DNA of 40,549 nucleotides, taken from contig CAYMEV010000026.1 in the NCBI GenBank assembly GCA_964389675.1, positions 1-40,549 of the forward strand, given 5' to 3'. The translations under genes and the position numbers were made by a program. Of the stretch, positions 39,301 through 40,549 are shown piece after piece. Every line of letters starts with the position of its first letter. Position 1 is the stretch's first letter. The DNA is from an uncultured Candidatus Sumerlaeota bacterium. GTDB taxonomy: Bacteria; CAYMEV01. The notes under the pieces are model-generated. The model did no database searches. It was not told the DNA's origin and was given only the letters and a program-made list of their open reading frames with translations.

Positions 39301-39373
39301 GTATTTCTATATACTGCAGATAGAATCAGCATACGGTTATCTCCTTTCATATAAGACCCTTTTGCAGTGGTGA
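36347..39373 (+). CDS. secreted SBBP-repeat beta-propeller protein with a C-terminal Ig/Fn3-like domain
   Basis: Signal peptide (start may be ATG 36368 after GGAGGT). About 14 repeats of ~60 aa (IAVDxxGNxYITGxF...DIFIAKLDxxGNFLW). C-terminal IVSFTAEG..IEWVTEWE..GFWLYR..YSYTD..YFYIL. Confidence 0.85.
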   Translation: MDGGMAGMRDRIIYLVLLVFLIPAVLSAGSYPEFEWAVSAGGGNGFYEVCDIACDNNGNWYVIGYFEGTAWFDDIEVSADKDYNIFIAKVDGDGNFLWVNTIAGTVGRYSRGASVAVGPSGNIFITGSFEDIAYFDDIQLDAGDHYSLFISELDQEGNFLWVQTVSTGQTFANSITVDNTGNLYITGGFRGIVSFGDDQFESSMHDHWHVTDVFVSKLDCNGSFIWTNVGTGGGWDYGNDIEIDPAGNVYIAGYSNEYIMIDFGGFEVICPSNYIVKLDADGNYIWVRSISDSWEINTSICVDDEGNVYNIGHFDKVTDFGGIQLEPYNDTKDIYICKMDTDGEFIWANQVRSRRGIYGGMCNIGVDAEGNVFITGNMTYDANFGKIQVGAENLYSPDIFIARMDAEGRFVWAKTAGGIDEDQGRAIAVSPDGNACFAGYFTSHAEFGQTEIFSVGVQDIFAAEINGDGDFIWVNNAGGTGITDDTAEGIGYDDSGYLYTCGIFSGTAYFGDIELVSMGFNDVYIAKLDTEGNYIWAIRAGGIGRDECQGIALDDNDHVFITGEFNYTGYFGDITIIPEHDRSNMFIAKLDTDGNFIWVQVEDGEGLNGSYDIAVDSSGNCYVSGYAYNSAHIGEIEAESRGNYDATVAKYDTEGNVLWMSSGVGSGSSETYGIYVDDNYVYITGSFGGEYIDFGDIRIYSFSGDCTIFIAKLDHNGEFLWAKMAGGYYGGDEGYDIAADSEGNCYVTGSFKQSALFGDFYIYRGGYSSNTFATKLDKNGEFLWVNSPQAEGSNEGYSIYTDKYGSAYIAGYFYKEAYFDDIYIESTGEYDRDIFVSKVDTEGNFLWVRNAGSTMNDFGYGIDVDEYGNSYITGIYEQTAYFDDAGTVSRGGDDIFIAKLSDPMVFADIVSFTAEGEGNTVNIEWVTEWEEEVSGFWLYRLRADKVNPYISYIPVLLNETMIPGGGTAPGGNSYSYTDHVKNGSRYFYILQIESAYGYLLSYKTLLQW

Positions 39374-39779
39374 ATCAGCATTTTCATTCAATGAGCAGTT
39401 TATTATTAGATGAGCATAGCAGATTCATCAGATCTAAGTAGACAATCCTGCTCTACACATTTTATCCTGTCTGATAATGGAGAAAGCAGGTGAAGAGGAG
39501 TATGGTGGCTTTGGTATTGTGGGATTTATTGGAAAAATTCAAAACACTTATAAAAGAGAGATGATGGCAGAAGGACAGATATTATTGCCATGGGAGTGAA
39601 TATATGGGCAGGGAAAAGAATCTGAATGGATGGATAAAATATGCTTATCCTGGTATAGGGTCAGGATTTTTCCTGCAAAGTGTCTAGAATATTTTTATGA
39701 AAAATGATATAAATGTATTGTATCTGGCTGGATTTTATATATATAATAAATTAATCAAAACTTACAGGAGGAAAATGCA

Positions 39780-40549
39780 GTGAAGCAAATGTTTGTATTG
39801 ATGATTCTAATTGCCTTATGTGCATTAACAGTTATAGGACAGGATCGTGCAGATCCTCAATGTGTATGGGCTGAAAGCGCCGGGGGGACAGCAGCTGATG
39901 CAGGGCAAAGGATTGCAGTGGATCATGCAGGCAATTCATATATTACGGGATATTTTTGCGGAACTGCAGATTTTGGCAGTACACAGCTGACATCAGCTGG
40001 GGAAGCAGATGTGTTCATAGCCGGGATGGATGCTGAAGGCAATTTCCTGTGGGCGACAGGAGCCGGGGGTACAAACTATGATTACGGCTATGGCATAGCT
40101 GTAGATGCTGAAGGCAATATATTCGTTACAGGCTATTTTGCATTTACCTCTTATTTTGGCAGTACAGAGCTGATATCAGCAGGGGCTTATGATGTCTTTG
40201 TCGCCAAGCTTGATGCAGGGGGGAATTTCCTGTGGGCAAAGAGGGCTGGCGGAGTTGGTACCGTGCAGGCTAATGACCTTGCACTGGATGCTGACGGTAA
40301 TATATATATTACGGGCATCTTCATGGGAACAGCCAATTTTGACAGCCTCCAGGTGACATCATCAGGACCCATTGATGTATTTACAGCAAAGATGGATGCG
40401 GACGGTAATTTCCTTTGGGTAAGATGCGCAGGCGGGACGTCGCCCAAATACTCTTATCATATTACAGTTGATAATGCAGGCAATTCATATATTACGGGAT
40501 ATTTTTACGATACCTCGATCTTTGGGAGTACAGAACTTGTATCAGCAGG
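39780..40549 (+). CDS. second SBBP-repeat beta-propeller protein, 3'-truncated by the window end
   Basis: GTG at 39780 after AGGAGG. Reads MKQMFVLMILIALCALTVIG..WAESAGGTAADAGQRIAVDHAGNSYITGYF..DVFIAGMDAEGNFLWA and stays open to the end of the window. Not in the ORF track. Confidence 0.85.
   Translation, partial: MKQMFVLMILIALCALTVIGQDRADPQCVWAESAGGTAADAGQRIAVDHAGNSYITGYFCGTADFGSTQLTSAGEADVFIAGMDAEGNFLWATGAGGTNYDYGYGIAVDAEGNIFVTGYFAFTSYFGSTELISAGAYDVFVAKLDAGGNFLWAKRAGGVGTVQANDLALDADGNIYITGIFMGTANFDSLQVTSSGPIDVFTAKMDADGNFLWVRCAGGTSPKYSYHITVDNAGNSYITGYFYDTSIFGSTELVSA
39925..40506 (+). repeat. exact 33-bp direct repeat within the SBBP gene (39925-39957 and 40474-40506)
   Basis: ATGCAGGCAATTCATATATTACGGGATATTTTT occurs twice, 549 bp (3 x 61 codons) apart. 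Confidence 0.85.

Noticed and set aside
39374-39779. Small ORFs or ncRNA between the SBBP genes
   Set aside because: Only frames of about 40 codons or fewer, with no recognisable motif or stable structure seen.
36422-40447. Antisense ORFs over the SBBP genes (and similar shadow ORFs over the other long genes)
   Set aside because: They are shadows of repetitive or biased coding sequence on the opposite strand, with no independent motifs.
1-40549. CRISPR array, tRNA, rRNA, integrase or transposase
   Set aside because: No regularly spaced repeats, cloverleaf-like sequence or recombinase motifs were seen by eye; a tRNAscan/Infernal run would be needed to exclude small RNAs.

Overview
Bacterial, AT-rich window dominated by a ~30 kb anti-phage defence island (about 4.97-34.4 kb). 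No integrase, tRNA, rRNA or CRISPR array is visible. The island has two divergent operons. The leftward one (-) is a MAD6/MAD7/MAD7/MAD8-like (DndF/G/H-related) restriction module: a NERD nuclease-pseudokinase-kinase-P-loop protein, two tandem DndG/MAD7-like paralogues and a 1598-aa HerA/VirB4-type ATPase. It is preceded by a lipoprotein and a HEPN-motif gene rather than by MADS (mad1-5) or dnd modification genes. The rightward one (+) is a DUF499 ATPase / DUF3780 / DUF1156 amino-methyltransferase / PLD-SNF2 helicase 'restriction-like' (BREX-related) operon. It has two genes inserted before the helicase (a PD-(D/E)xK-like protein and a class III nucleotidyl-cyclase-like protein) and is followed by an AT-rich pair of DUF262 (GmrSD-like) genes. 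The best candidate for an undescribed system is a hybrid in which the DUF1156 methylase supplies the self-mark for an orphan MAD678/DndFGH-like effector with a duplicated MAD7. The left end holds a gene 3' end and a decayed paralogous copy of it, bracketing accessory cargo (Mrr_N fusion, Cys-rich peptide, SNase-like protein, CPBP pseudogene). The right end holds secreted beta-propeller genes (PD40 and SBBP types). All family assignments come from motif recognition by eye; no database searches were run.
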